Shown: one piece after another, positions 37,050-50,400 of the stretch
Position numbering within the stretch: position 1 is the first letter of the stretch
Layout: every line of letters starts with the position of its first letter
Assembly (NCBI RefSeq): GCF_004010195.1
Contig: NC_057753.1
Span: 9,344,341 to 9,408,340, forward strand
Reading direction: 5' to 3'
DNA: 64,000 nucleotides
Origin: Chiloscyllium plagiosum
Lineage: Eukaryota
Made by a program: the position numbers and the translations under genes
Notes under the pieces: generated by a model
What the model saw: only the letters and a program-made list of their open reading frames with translations
The model's database searches: none
Told to the model about the DNA's origin: nothing

Positions 37050-37440
37050 GCTCCAGGCTAATGGCGATCCGCCTTATCCCCCGGGTTCCCCCTCAGCCCA
37101 GCCCGGTACCTGGTAGAGTGAAGCCGCGGGTAGCTCCAGGCTCACGGTCCAGCACAGCACCGAGTGCAGCCTCTCCTCCCTGTCTGCCCCCCCTCCCTCC
37201 GTCAGAAACCGCCCGCTGAGTCGATGAGAAAACCGCAGCCTCGCGCCGCCATCTTTGTTTTTCTTCTTCTTTCTGTCTCCTCCTTCAGTGACACGCGTCA
37301 TCCACGCCCCGCCCAATCAGAGCGCACCTTACTCCACCTGACCAATGGCGTCAGGTTTTGCGGTCAGCGCTGGTTGTTACTGACAGATCTTGTGTCCAAT
37401 TGCCAATTTGGGATAAAAATGGCGGGAGCCACAATTTCTT
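37050..37440 (-). promoter_or_regulatory. CpG-island promoter with non-coding first exon (possibly bidirectional)
   Basis: YY1 GCCGCCATCTT 37245-37255, GC box 37307-37314, CCAAT 37313 and 37342, opposite YY1-like AAAATGGCG 37416-37424, donor CAG|GTACCG at 37110/37109. Confidence 0.65.
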
Positions 37441-37639
37441 TTCCCTGGGGTTGCACATCTCATTCCCTTTGCTTTTTCTCCTCCCCAGGGGAGGGGAATC
37501 CCAAACTAGAGGGCACAGGTTTAGGGTGAGAGGGGAAAAATATAAGAGGGTCCCAAGGATTAGAAAAAAAATGTGAAAGTTAATTCACCTCAAGAAAAGC
37601 CCTCTCTCACGACCTGAACAAAATAGATTGTTCACTAAA

Positions 37640-38140
37640 CAAGAAGGATGTTGTGAAACTTAAAAGAATTCAGAAATTATTTATAAGAATGTTGCTGGGG
37701 TTGGAGGGTTTGAGCTACAGGGAGAGGCTGTATTGGCTGGGGCTGTTTTCCCTGGAGCACTGGAGGCTGAGGGGTGACCTTATGGAGGTTTATAAGATCA
37801 TGACAGGCATGGATAGGACAAAAAGATAAGGTTTTTTTCCCTGGGGCAGAAGAGTCCAGTACAAGAGGGCATTAGTTTTTGGGTGAGAGGGGCAAGACTT
37901 TAAAGGGCCCCAAGGGGCAACTTTTTCATGTATAGGTTGGTGTGTGAACTGAATGAGCTGCCAGAGAAAACGGTGAAGGCTGGTACAAATACAACATTTA
38001 AAAGGCATCTGGATAGGTACATGAATAGGAAGGTTTAGAGGGATATGGACAAAGTGCTGGCAAATGGGACGAGATTAATTTAGGCTATCTGGTTGGCACA
38101 TACTGAAAGATTGTTTTTTGTGCTCTACAACTCAATGGTT
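37640..38140 (+). mobile_element. CR1/HER1 LINE 3' fragment
   Basis: Standard CR1 3' motifs. Confidence 0.8.
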
Positions 38141-38299
38141 CTATTTCCACAGAGCCAGAACCAATTTCAAAAGGCTGGGAAGAGGCCATTTGCCCCTTAC
38201 ACACTGTCCTCAACTGTGGCCTAACTGAGCATATTTCAATTCTTAGTGCTATGTAATGAGCCAGACTTTATAAAAAAAAACATCTTAAAGCAAAGGAAC

Positions 38300-40228
38300 A
38301 CTTAGGAGGCAACAATTATAATATGGTAGAGTTCAGTGTGCAGTTTGAAAGAGAGAAGGCAAAATTGGTGTTACAGTTAAATAAAGGTAATTGCAAGGGC
38401 AATGAGAGAGGAACAGAAAAAGATTTATTGGAAGTAGAGCCTAGTGGGGAAGACAGAGTAACAACAGCAGGAATTTCTGGGTGTAATTGAGGACACAGTA
38501 TAGAGGTTCATCCCAAAAAAAAGAAAGATTACCTGGGTGGGGGGAGGGTGGGGAGGGGGCAAATTAGACAACCATGGCTGACAAAGGAAATATATTGAAG
38601 GCAAAGAGACAGCCTATGAAGTGGCCAAGAGTACTGGGAAATCAGAAGATTGGGATGACTACAAAAACAAACAGAGGATGACAAAGAGAGAAAGAAGGAA
38701 AGAGAGGATCAAATATGAAGGTAAGTGAGCCAGTAATATTAGAAATGATAGTAAAAGTTTCTTTCAATACATAAGAAACAAACGAGAGGTAGAAGTAGAA
38801 ATTGGGCTGCTCCAAATTGATGCTGGAAGGCTAGTGATGGGAGATAAGGAAATAGCTGAAGAACTTAATAAGTACTTTGTGTCAGTCTTCACAGTGGAAG
38901 ACATGAGTAATATCCCAACAATTAAGGAGAGTCAGGGGGTAGCTATTACAAAGGCGCAAGTGTGAGAAAAGCTAAAAAATCTAAAAATTGATAAATCTCC
39001 TGGCCCTGATGAGCTACATCCTAGAGTTCTGAGGGAGGTGACTGAGGAAATAGCGGAAGCATTGATTGTGATCTTTAAAAAATCACTGGAGTCAGGGAAA
39101 GTTCCAAATGATTGGAAGATCGCTGTTGTAACCCTCTTGTTTGAGAAAGGATCAAGACAAAAGATGGAAAATTATAGGCCGATTAGCCTAACCAGAAGGC
39201 AGAGAGTTGGGATAAAAGGTTCTTTTTCAGAATGGCAGCTGGTGACAAGTGGTGTCCCGCAGGGCTCAGTGTTGGGGCCGCAGCTGTTCACTTTAGATGT
39301 TCATGATCTGGATAAAGGGACTGGGGGCATTCCCGCGAAGTTCGCTGATGATACAAAGTTAGGTGGACAGGCAGGTAGTTCTGAGGAGGTGGGGAGGCTG
39401 CAAAAAGATTGGGACAGTTTAGGAGAGTGGTCCAGGAAATAGCTGATGAAATTCAATGTAAGCAAGTGCAAGGTCTTGCACTTTGGAAAAAAGAATACAG
39501 GCATGGACTATTTTCTAAACAGTGAGAAAATTCATAAAGCCAAAGTACAAAGGGATCTGGGAAACTAGTCTAAAGGTTGACTTGCAGGTTGAGTCAGTGG
39601 TTAAGAAAGCAATGTAATGTTGTCATTTATGTCAAGAGGGTTGGAATGTAAAAGCAGCGATGTGCTACTGAGACTTTATAAAGCTCTGGTTAGGCCCCAT
39701 TTAGAATACTGTGTCCAATTTTGGACTCCACACCTGAGGAAGGACATAGTGGCACTGGAGCGTGTCCAGCGGAGATTCACACGATGATTTCTGGTATCGT
39801 AGGCCTAACATACAATGAACGGCTGAGGATCCTGGAATTATATTCATTAGAGTTTAGAAGGTTGAGGGGAGATCTATTAGAAACTTACATGATAGTGCAT
39901 GACTTAGAAAGGGTGGACGCTGGTAAGTTTTTCCATTAGGCAGGGAGACTAGGACCCAAAGGCACAGCCTGTTAATTAGGGGGGTCAATTTAGAATGCAA
40001 GTGACGAGACATTTCTTCAGACAGAGAGTGGTGGGCCTGTGGAATTCATTGCCATGTAGTGCAGTGGAGACCGGGACATTAAATGTCTTCAAGGCAGAGA
40101 TTGATAAATTCTTGGTATTGCAAGGAATTAAGAGCTATGGGGAGAGTATAGGTAAGCGGCGTTGAAATGATTAAATGGCGGAATGGACTTATGGCCTTAC
40201 TTCCACTCCTATGTCTTATGGTCTTATG
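38300..40228 (+). mobile_element. CR1 LINE ORF2 (internally deleted)
   Basis: KSPGPD.LHPRVL, NYRPISLT fused directly to RRQRV, VPQGSVLGP, KFADDTK, and tail tatgtcttatggtcttatg. Confidence 0.9.
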
Positions 40229-42223
40229 CTATTCGCCTTACCTCCACTCTCCATGATTTTATAAATCTTAATAAGGACACCCCTCAACCCCCTACACTCC
40301 AATGAAGACAGTCCCAGTCTCTTCTTATAACTCAAACCCTCCAGTCCTGGCAACATCCTGGTAAATCTTTACAGAACCCTCTCTAATAGTATTCTTCCTA
40401 TAACAGAGCCACCAGAACTATATTCAGTACCCAGAAAGTGGCCTCACCAACATCCTGTACAACATGATGTCCGAACTCAATGATGTGAATAGTGAAGGCA
40501 ATGGTGCTAAATGCCTTCTTTACCATCCATGGGGGTGAGGGAAGGAAGCAGAGTGTGCTGGAGCCAAGGTGGAGGAGGAACAGAAGATGCAAATCCGGGT
40601 TGGAGCTGCAATGAGGAGTATTGCATGTGCTGTACTTGTACTGGTTGCATTTATTTGTGGGACTCAGGAGCATTTTACAAATAAAAACAGAAAAGATTTC
40701 AACCCCTGCCCCATCCCAATCTATCCTTCTGTCCCTCCTCACTTGGGTAACTCAGACACAAACCTGAGTTTGCAGAGTCTGCTCCCTCCTTGGATCCACT
40801 CCAGTCGCTATCTCTCTCTTGCTGTCTTCCCCCTACCCTCTCCACCTCTGCCAGTCCTTCTTCCCACCCTCTGCCTCCCCATGCATTTTCTCTCTCCCCC
40901 TACCTATTGCTCCACATTTACCCCTGATTAATTCACCGTAATCTGAACATCCCTGAGCACTATGGGTAATTTAGCATGGCCAATCCACCCTAACCTACAC
41001 ATCCCTCAACGATATGGGTAACTGAAACACAGCCAGTCCACCCACACCAGTCCAAAACTGAACACTATGGGTAATTTAACATGGTGAATACACCCTAACC
41101 TGGACAAAGTTACAAATCACACAATGCCAGGTTACAGTCCAACAGGTTTATTTCAAAGCACCGGCTTTCGCAGTGCTGCGCCTTATTCAGTTGGTTGTGG
41201 AGTACAAGATCATAAGACACAGAATTTATGGAAAAACATTACAAGTGTCCTGCCACTGAGATATATACTGAACAAATCCACAGTCCAAAGATGTACAGGT
41301 CAGGTGAATTGGCCATGCTAAATTGCCCATAGTGTTAGGTAAGGGGTAAATGTAGGGGTATAGGTGGGTTACGCTTCAGCGGGTCAGTGTGGACTTGTTG
41401 GGCCAAAGGGCCTGTTTTCACACTGTAATGTAATCTAAAAAAATCTTTAAAAAATCTGGATCGTTAAGTCTTTCATCTTTTACAATGGGTTGCAGGTATC
41501 ATCCCAGAACTTCCTGTGAGGCTCCTTCTCAAGATAACTTAAGGTTTTATAAGAAAAGGGAACATCTCAGCTCAAACAATGCATGAAAGGTGTGAGGTCA
41601 GAGTCTGTCTGTATCCCATTCTTGAGTCAGCCCGCTTCAATTTGCAAAGTGGAATTTACAAAATATTACATGTATTGGCTACCTGCATTGACTGCCAGCA
41701 TGTTCTGCATTTAGAGTCATAGCATGGAAACAGACCCTTTGGTCCAACCCTCCATGCCGACCAGATATCCCAACCCAATCTAGTCCCACCTGCCAACACC
41801 CAGCCCATATCCCTCCAAACTCTTCCTATTCATATACCCATCCAGATGCCTCTTAAATGTTGCAATTGTACCAGCCTCCACCATTTCCTCTGGCAGCTCA
41901 TTCCATACACATACCACCCGCTGAGTGAAAATGTTGCCTCTTAGGTCTCTTTTATATTTTCCTCTCTCACCCTATACCGATGCCCTCTAGTTCTGGACTC
42001 CCCTACCCCAGTGGAAAGACTTGGTCCATTTATTCTATCCATGCCCCTCATGATTTTATAAGCCTCTGACGTGATTCAACCTCAGCCTTGGCCTCATCCA
42101 CCAGCAGAAATGACTGGATAGGGTAGGGTTTCACCCCAACAGTGCAATGAATTACCACTTTCCACCAAATCCTAGATGTACTCACTCACTCAGTTGCTGT
42201 CTCACAAATGAAGAACTTCATTG

Positions 42224-42676
42224 TTTTTTTTTAATAGATATTTTTATTAGAAATTTAACATTTTTACAAGTTTACAAAAATAAACAAAACTCTCAAGTAC
42301 AAACATTGATATACAATTAAATCTTAAATATATAATAACCAAAATTTAACAAAAGAAAAATACCGAGAAAAAAAACAAAACTCAACTAACTACTAATCTA
42401 ACCTACAACTAACCAGAGTGTATATTTAAGTCTCTTACATTATTCAAATAAGAGAAAGAGAAAAAAAAACAGCGGATAACATAGAAATTGGGTAGTGAGA
42501 TACATGCTCGGAATGTGTTAACATCAAATGTAACAAAACCCGTATTCGTGCGGGATTCCTCCCAAGGGCCAGCCAGGTTTGTAATCTCAATTAAATAAAA
42601 TCCTTTGTTAGGATAGCCGAAATATCTGTATTCATATAATTCAAGAAGGGTTGCCATATTTAATAAAATAATAAGG
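42224..42676 (-). mobile_element. L1/Tx1-type LINE 3' end with 9-bp TSD
   Basis: Poly(A) tail, ORF2 C-terminus IWQPFLNYMNTDISAILTKDFI*, TSD ACTTCATTG at 42215-42223 and 42677-42685. Confidence 0.8.
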
Positions 42677-43594
42677 ACTTCATTGTAATGTCTTCTGCTC
42701 TGAGTAAGGGCAAAACATCTTTGAAAGCTGCTCTGAAACTCCAGTTTTCACAACCACAATTCTGCTTTCACTTAAGTCGATTGAAGTCATATAGCACTGA
42801 AACAGACCCTTTGGCCCAACTCGTCCATGTCAACCAGATATCATAAATTCATCTAGTCCCATTTGCCAACATTTGACTCGTATCCCTCTAAACCTTTCCT
42901 ATTCAAATACCCATCCAGATGGCTTTTAAATGTTGTCATTGTACCAGTCTCCACCTCTTCCTCTGGCAGTTTGGTCCACACATACACTACCCTTTGCGTG
43001 AAAAATCTTTGTTCAAAAATCAGATGAACTCAGCCTTCAATATATTCAATGACCCCCTAACTGCAGGAAGACATCACCACTTCTGAACTCAATTCCTCTT
43101 GCTCATATACCACTTGCCTTGCTGATTGCTTGCTGCACCTGTCTGACAACTGGCAGCGACTGAGGCTCCTTTGTCCATCCACACATTATTCCTGATAAAG
43201 GGCTCATGCCCGAAACATCGACTCTCCTGCTCCTTGGAAGCTGCCTGACCTAATGTGCTTTCCCGGTGCCACACTTACTCTGATCTCCAGCATCTGCAGT
43301 TCTCACTTTCGCCACATCCCGAATACATCACCATTTAAACAATACACCTGCTTTCTGCTTTTTATTAGCAAAGGCTGTAACTTCATATTGTGGTACTGCA
43401 TTTGCCATGTGTATGCCAACTGCGGTCTTCTCTACATCAGGGAGACTGAGCGTAAGCTTGGGGAACAGTTCGCCAAGCATCGCAGCCGGGTCACCATCCA
43501 TTTTAATTCCCCTTCCCACTCCCTTTCTGACATGACCATCTTAGGCCTCCTCCATTGCCACAATGAACCAAACCGCAAATTGGAGGAACAACAC

Positions 43595-43882
43595 TTAGTG
43601 GGAGGTACGGTGGCACAGTGGTTAGCACTGCTGCCTCACAGCACCAGAGACCCGGATTCAATTCCCGCCTCAGGCGACTGTGTGGAGTTTGCACATTGTT
43701 TGCGTGGGTGTGCTCCGGTTTCCTCCGACAATCCAAAAATGTACAGGTTAGGTGAATTGGCCATGCTAAATTGCCCGTAGTGTTAGGTGAAGGGGTAAAT
43801 GTGGTCAGGGTGGTATAAGCTTCGGTGGGTCGGTGTGGACTTGTTGGGCCGAAGGGCCTGTTTCCACACTGTAAGTAATCTA
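43595..43882 (+). mobile_element. HE1 SINE
   Basis: Well-preserved head GGTGGCACAGTGGTTAGCACTGCTGCCTCACAGC and tail AAGGGCCTGTTTCCACACTGTAAGTAATCTAA; AACAC repeated at both flanks. Confidence 0.9.
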
Positions 43883-44334
43883 AACACCTCATCTGCCTGG
43901 GCAGCCTTCAGCTTGGAGGACTCAACACGGAGTTCTCCAATTTCAAATACCTCACTTCCTTCTCCCAACCACTCATTTTCACGTCTCCCTGCCACCAACC
44001 AGATTCCTTCCTGATCAACTAGGTCATACCCTCTACGTGCCTTCACCTATCCCCAACTTTACCACCCTGCCTCCAGCACTCCCCCTCCACCCATCCCTGA
44101 AGAAGGGTTACACCCAAAATGTCGACTTCTCCATCTCCTGATGTTGCCTGGCTTGCTGTGTTCTTCCAGCCTCCTGCCTGTCTATTTTGCCAATTGCGAC
44201 ACAGACCTGGGCTAACCTATCCAGAGTCTGTCCGCTCCCGGATTCACTCCCTTTCCTTTCAGTTGCTGCAAGTCAACAATTGAACCCCAAAAAGAAAAGG
44301 AAATGGAAAAGGGGTCGAGAAAAGAGACTGTCGT

Positions 44335-44640
44335 ACTCACAGATCTTCGATAGAAGAAAGAATTTGCAGTCTGGCTGAAGCGCAATCTTCTTTCAGAAAG
44401 AGGAGCAAGAGCAGCTTCAGCAGCTCATGGTCCAACTTCCGCATTCAGACAATTAGGTGGCTCTGACTGGCAGGAAGACCTGTCTCCTTCCGGTCCTCCA
44501 GTGCTTTCTATTGATCTATCAAGAGAAAGCCACGCACCCTTTATTTGCGGACAGCGAAGAGGATGCACAGTGTTTTGCTGACACCGGTGGGCATGCGCTC
44601 TGCGTTGCTGACACCGGCAAACATGTGTAGTATGCTTTGT
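44335..44640 (-). promoter_or_regulatory. Decayed ZF-type promoter and exon 1 (orphan)
   Basis: Homologous to 52095-52400; donor GTGAGT at 44340-44335; NRF1-like motifs partly decayed. Confidence 0.5.
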
Positions 44641-44887
44641 AAATACTGCTGGTGTTACTGACAAAGTTTAAGTGACCAAATGCCAACAGGGGAAAAATGG
44701 TGATCACCATAATATTTTTCCCTGAGCCTCGACATTTTATTGCTTTTCCATTTTGTCTGGCTGCTCAACTTTTGGAGATCTTTTCCCCTTGTTTAGAGAG
44801 AGTATGTCTCTTAATTACATGGGTGAGGAGATGGAAGAATAGCGTGGGACTGTTTTCCCTTGCACGCCAGAGTCTGAGGGGTGACTT

Positions 44888-45190
44888 TTTTTTAGATTAG
44901 ATTACTTACAGTGTGGAAACAGGCCCTTCGGCCCAACAAGTCCACACCGCCCCGCTGAAGCGCAACCCACCCATACCCCTACATGTACCCCTTACCTAAT
45001 ACTACAGGCAATTTAGCATGGCCAATTCACCTGACCTGCACATCTTTGGACTGTGGGAGGAAACCGGAGCATCCGGAGGAAACCCACGCAGACACAGGGA
45101 GAATGTGCAAACTCCACACAGTCAGTCACCTGAGGCGGGAATCGAACCCGGGTCTCTGGCGCTGTGAGGCAACAGTGCTAACCACCTTGT
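44888..45190 (-). mobile_element. HE1 SINE, young
   Basis: Near-consensus, intact B box GGTTCGATTCC, (TAATC)n/poly(A) tail. Confidence 0.9.
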
Positions 45191-45304
45191 AGACTTACAT
45201 AAGATTAATTTATAAGACTAATCAGCAATCTAGTTTTGACCAATACACCGTATCAGTTGCATGACACTATGATCTTTTGCTATAAATTCTGTGTCTTATG
45301 ATCC

Positions 45305-46035
45305 TGCTCCACAGCTACTTGATGAAGGAGCAGCTCTTCAAAAACTAGTGCTTCCAAATAAACCTGTTGGACTTTAACCTAGTGTTGTGTGATTTTTAAC
45401 TTTATCCAACCCAGTCCAACACCGGCTCCTCCACATCATTTCTAGTGAACACAGCCCAGACTTCTTGGTGCTGCCAGTAAACGTTACAATGGCATGATGC
45501 AGTGCCTACACTCTTGAAAGATTTACCATTTCTAACGATACCAGCTACTCATTCACTGCTCCTTCTGATACGCGACATTGGAAACTTAGTGCAGGAGGCT
45601 GAAGGAAATGAGCAGCTTTAAAACAAAAACCTCTTGGAGCTCAAAGCTTTCAATGAGAGTCTGAGCCCCTGCTCCGCAGCTACTTGATGAAGGAGCAGCG
45701 CTTCAAAAGCTAGTGCTTCCAAATAAACCTGTTGGACTTTCACCTGGTGTTGTGTGATTTTTAACTTTATCCAACCCAGTCCAATACCGGCTCCTCCACA
45801 TCATTTCTAGTGAACACAGCCCAGACTTCTTGGTGCTGCCAGTAAACGTTACAACGGCATGATGCAGTGCCTACACTCTTGAAAGATTTACCATTTCTAA
45901 CGATACTAGCTACTCATTCACTGCCCCTTCTGATACATGACATTGGAAACTTAGTGCAGGAGGCTGAAAGAAATGAGCAGCTTTAAAACAAAAACCTCTT
46001 GGAGCTCAAAGCTTTCAATGAGAGCCTGAGCCCAG
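45305..46035. repeat. Direct tandem duplication, ~365-bp unit x2, each starting with a degenerate hammerhead-type Penelope end
   Basis: 'cagctacttgatgaaggagcagc...gctttcaatgagag' repeated. Confidence 0.85.
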
Positions 46036-46718
46036 CTGTAAGTTCAAGTAACCTTTATTGTGACCCAACTTTGTTACAGCTTCAGATCCCCCCCCCCCCC
46101 CAGGAAAAAGGCGTACAAAAAGTAGCTTTTTTAAAAACAGCTCAAGGTCAAAGCGCACACACTCCACTACGTACTCCCCCCACCTTTCCTTAATATTGCT
46201 CACCACCGAGTTGTCCCTTTGTAATTGGATCTTTGGTACAGCCTCAACCCATAGGAAGTATTTCCTCACAGCAATTTTAACCCATATCCTGTATCCAAGT
46301 AAGTTCCTCCCTGCTCATTTGCCAGGATGGGGCAGTGTAGAGTCAACCACATTACTTTGGGTCTGGAGTCACGTGTAGGCCAGATGGGTAAAGGATGCAG
46401 CTGGGACAACTAAGTGAATCCTTTCCCACAACAATAGTGTCCTTCCCTAAAAATGATGTAAGTGAATCAGATGGGGGTTTCTCCAGGCACATACCCCTGA
46501 AAATTGTTTCATCGTTAGATTCGGAACTCCAGATTTCTAACTGAATTCTGATTCTGCCATCTGCAGCGACGGGATTTGAACCCGGGAATCCCCGGAACTC
46601 AGTTAACAGTGCAGACGATAATTACACTCAGCTGTCGCTCCTTCAATCACCCTGCGACAGCATGTGAACTCGCTGGTGCCTCCGCAGGTGGGAGGAGCGG
46701 GTGAAGCCCTTCCTGCAC

Positions 46719-47438
46719 TCAGGGCAAGGGCGTCTCCCTGGTGTGGACCTGCTGGTGCCTCTGCAAGTTGCCCACCTGAATGAATTCCTTCCCACACTCA
46801 GGGCAGCTGAAGGGCCTCTCCGCCTCGTGGACCCACTCGTGCTTCAGCAGGTCAGAGGAAGTGCTGAAGGCCTTCCCGCACTTGGGGCAGGTGAATGGCC
46901 TCTCCCCCGTGTGGACCCGCAGGTGGGTCTGGAGGTTGGAGGAATCACTGAAGGCCTTCCCACACTCTGGGCAGCTGAATGGCCTCTCCCCCGTGTGGAC
47001 CCGCCGGTGGGTCTGGAGGTTGGAAGAATAGCTGAAGGCCTTCCCGCACTCGGGGCAGCTGAAGGGTCTCTCCCCCGTGTGGACCCGCCGGTGCCTCAGC
47101 AGAGAGGAGGAATTGCTGAAGGCTTTCCGACATACAGGGCAGCTGAAGGGCTTCTCCCCTGTGTGGACCCGCCGGTGGGTCAGCAAGTGGGAGGTATTGC
47201 TGAAGGCCTTTCCGCACTCAGGGCAGCTGCAGGGCCTCTCCCCCGTGTGGACCCGCTGGTGCCTCAGCAGGTCGGAGTAATGGCTGAAGGCTTTCCTGCA
47301 CTCACTGCAGGGGAACGGCCTCTCCCCAGTGTGACTGCGCCGATGCGTCTCCAGGGCAGATGGGAAACGGAAACCTTTCCCGCAGTCATCACACTTCCAT
47401 CGTTTGTCCAATGGGCAGGATTCCTCGGGTTTTTCCAT
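46719..47438 (-). CDS. KRAB-less C2H2 zinc-finger protein (XlCGF/gastrula-type), 239 aa, 8 tandem fingers
   Basis: [23 protein letters not shown]... open frame with TGERPF linkers; ATG at 47438; acceptor TTTTTACAG| at 47804/47803; 9th finger out of frame at 46643-46725. Confidence 0.85.
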   Translation of the reverse strand: MEKPEESCPLDKRWKCDDCGKGFRFPSALETHRRSHTGERPFPCSECRKAFSHYSDLLRHQRVHTGERPCSCPECGKAFSNTSHLLTHRRVHTGEKPFSCPVCRKAFSNSSSLLRHRRVHTGERPFSCPECGKAFSYSSNLQTHRRVHTGERPFSCPECGKAFSDSSNLQTHLRVHTGERPFTCPKCGKAFSTSSDLLKHEWVHEAERPFSCPECGKEFIQVGNLQRHQQVHTRETPLP

Positions 47439-50400
47439 AGCCAAAGCTCCTACCGCACACAAACATGTGTGGAGCCTCTCCCCACCGTGAATTCCTCTAT
47501 CTAGGCCGTTTAATTGTTTCAGGCTCCACACAATGTGCTGCAACAGTAGGGTCTCTCATCCAGTCCTAGTGATGCTGAAAACATACTCCCAACAGGAACC
47601 AAAAAGCTTCTCACAAAATCACAGTCAAAAATCATTGCAGTCCTGATGGATTGAATGAATGTCAGGCGTTGATGTCAAAGTGAGGACTGCAGACACTGGA
47701 GAGTCAATAAGTGTGGCGCTGGAAAAGCACAGCAGATCAGGCAGTCAACGCTTCAGGCATAAGCCCTTCATTGCTCATTTTGAATATTGTATCTTCAGAT
47801 GCTCTGTAAAAAGAGATTACAAAAGTCATCACTGTCAGTCCAGGGTAGAAATTCAGAACAAGCAATTCTACTTTCTGCAGAACATTCTTTTCTTTTGTTT
47901 TTCCACAAAAAGCTCCATCCCACTATCTCACTCTCTCCCCTTCTGTTCTCACTCCACTCTAACTAATTCTCCTGAAGGTACTGATCCAGGATCTTCCAGA
48001 AAAGCAAAAACATCAAGACTGACATCTCTCTGAATTTTGGATAACTCCACTTGAAAATTAATATCTTTCATGACATTGGGATACTGCTGAGACTGAGCAG
48101 GTCTAATTTTGGGAAGCAAAAAAAAAATGAGTTTGCCAAAATCCCTTCCCTTCAGAGAACCCCCATGAGTTCTCACTGGCCCTGCGAAGGGTAACCCACC
48201 CACACCCATTCCTCCCCCCCTTCCCAGTTGCTCTACATTTACCCCTGACTCATGCACCTAACCTGCACATCTCTGGGCACTATAGCTAATTTAGCATGGC
48301 CAATCCACCCTAACTTGGACAAAGTTAAAAATCACACAACACCAGGTTAGAGTCCAATAGGATTTTTTGGAAGGACTAGCATTTGGAGCGCTGCTCCTTC
48401 AGCAGGTGGTTGTGGAGAATAAGATCATAAGACACAGAATTTATGGAAAATCATTACAGTGATCTGCCACTGAAATTATATATTGAACAAACCTGAATTG
48501 TTAAGTCTTTCACTTTTTAGAATGGGTTGTAGATATCATTACTATGCAAATCCCATAACTTCTTGTGTGTCACCTTCTCGAGAGCACTTAAGGTTTTATA
48601 GCAAAAGGTGACGAAATAGTACATGGATCGACTGTACATTTTTTTGAGCATAATACCATTCTGCAAGTTCAAATTCACCCCCATGGACGTGTGTATGTGC
48701 ATGATAGAGAAAAAAAGTCTATTTCTGTGCTGTATATTTCTATGTCTGCTTGATAACAGATGCCTTATTTCTGTGGGTGTCAATATTGTTGTAAATCACA
48801 GCTGGGTACAAATAGTTAGATGTAAGGGAGACAAAATTCCTCAAGTCGGGCACCAGAAGAATCCTGAGAGCGCCCTATTTCTGGTTTACTTCCTCATGAA
48901 CAAAACATTAAGCATGATCACCTATTTATTCCTAATTTTGTTTCATTTTTCTTGTTTTATTCCCTGCTATGACTACACTCTGTGTCTGGATGGTTGACAG
49001 GCTGGGAGATTGTGGGTTGGGTCTTGATTGACTGAATGTTCTACTGTTCCAAAAGGTGTAAAAGAGGGGGCAAAGCTTGAGCAGAAATCTAGCAGAGCTG
49101 AGAACAGATAGACATCCAGATGCCTTTAAATGTTGTAATTGTACCAGTCTCCACACTTCCTCTGGCAGTTCGTTCCATACATGCAACACCCTCTGTGTGA
49201 AAAGGTTGCCCCTCAGGTCCCTTTTAAATTATTGCCCTCTTACCTCAAACATATGCCTTCTAGTTTTGGGCTCCTCTACCCTGGGGAAAACATCTTGGGT
49301 ATTCACCCTATTCATGCCTCTGACAAACATCTGTGAGATCACCCCTCAGCCTCTGATGCTCCAGGGAAAATATCCCTGGCCTATTCAGCCTTTCCCAATA
49401 GTTCAAACTCTCCAAATCTGGCAAAAGCCTTGTAAATCTTTTCTGACGCCATTCAAAGTTTCACAACATCTTTCCTGTAGCAGGGAGACCAGAACAGAAT
49501 GCAGTATTCCAAAAGTGGCCTAACCAATGTCCTGTACAGCCACAACATGACCTCCCAACTTCTTTACTCAATGCTGTGATACAAAATGCCTTCTTCACTA
49601 TCCTGTCTACCTGAGACTCCACTTTCAAGGAAATATGAACCTGCACTCCACAGTCTCTTTGTTCTACAACACTCCCCTTAACTGTGTCAGTCCTGCCTGG
49701 ATTGACTCACATTTCTCTAAATTAAACGACATCTGCCAATCCATGACCCATCGATCAATTATAATTCATAGTGAACTCTTTTTCCTCTCTTATTCCCTCG
49801 AAGCTGAAAATCTCCATCCCACACACACTCCCTCCATTCTCACTTTACTAAACCTAATCCCTGCTGCACCTCATCCTGAAGAGCCTGGTTCATGCTGATT
49901 AACAGGCCTACACTCAGGGGAGATCTAATTGAAACATAAAGAATACTGAATGGCATGGACAGAGTGGATGTTGGAAAGATGTTTCCATTGGGAGGACAGA
50001 CTAGGACCTGAGGGCATAGCTTTAGAGTAAAGGGAAGATCTTTGAGAATGGAGAGAAGAAGAAACTCCTTCAGCCAGAGAGCAGTGAATCTATGGAATTC
50101 TTTGCCACAGAAGGCTGTGGAGGCCAGGTCACTGAGGATATTTAAGACTGAAATAGATCGGTTCTTGAGTATCAAGGGGACTGAGGGTTACGGGGAGAAA
50201 GTGGGAGAATGGGGTTGAGAAACCCATCAGTCATGGTTGAATGATATGCGCAGACCTAATGGGCTAAGTGGCCTAATTTCTGCCCCTATGTCTTATGGTC
50301 TATTGCTGTCCTGGACACAGTGAGAGAATTGGGAGCAGTTGTCGGCCATTTGGTCTTTGAAGCCTGCACCAGCATTGAACAGATCATAACTGGATATGAA

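Larger units (their letters stand above)
41000..44780 (-). repeat. ZF-gene promoter/intron-1 duplicon, orphan copy A
   Basis: Collinear with 48100-52500 and 56890-62090. Confidence 0.75.

Noticed and set aside
39038..39442. 134-aa RT-like ORF
   Set aside because: Internally deleted CR1 remnant surrounded by stops; not a functional gene
43600..43675. tRNA-like sequences at SINE heads (also ~3040, 14110, 27025, 45120, 46570, 55490)
   Set aside because: Continuous with SINE bodies; not tRNA genes
46701..47504. 267-aa plus-strand ORF
   Set aside because: Antisense shadow of the repetitive ZF coding sequence
47439..47543. N-terminal extension of the ZF ORF
   Set aside because: Starts at a TTG in the probable 5' UTR; the ATG of MEKPEE at 47438 is the more plausible start
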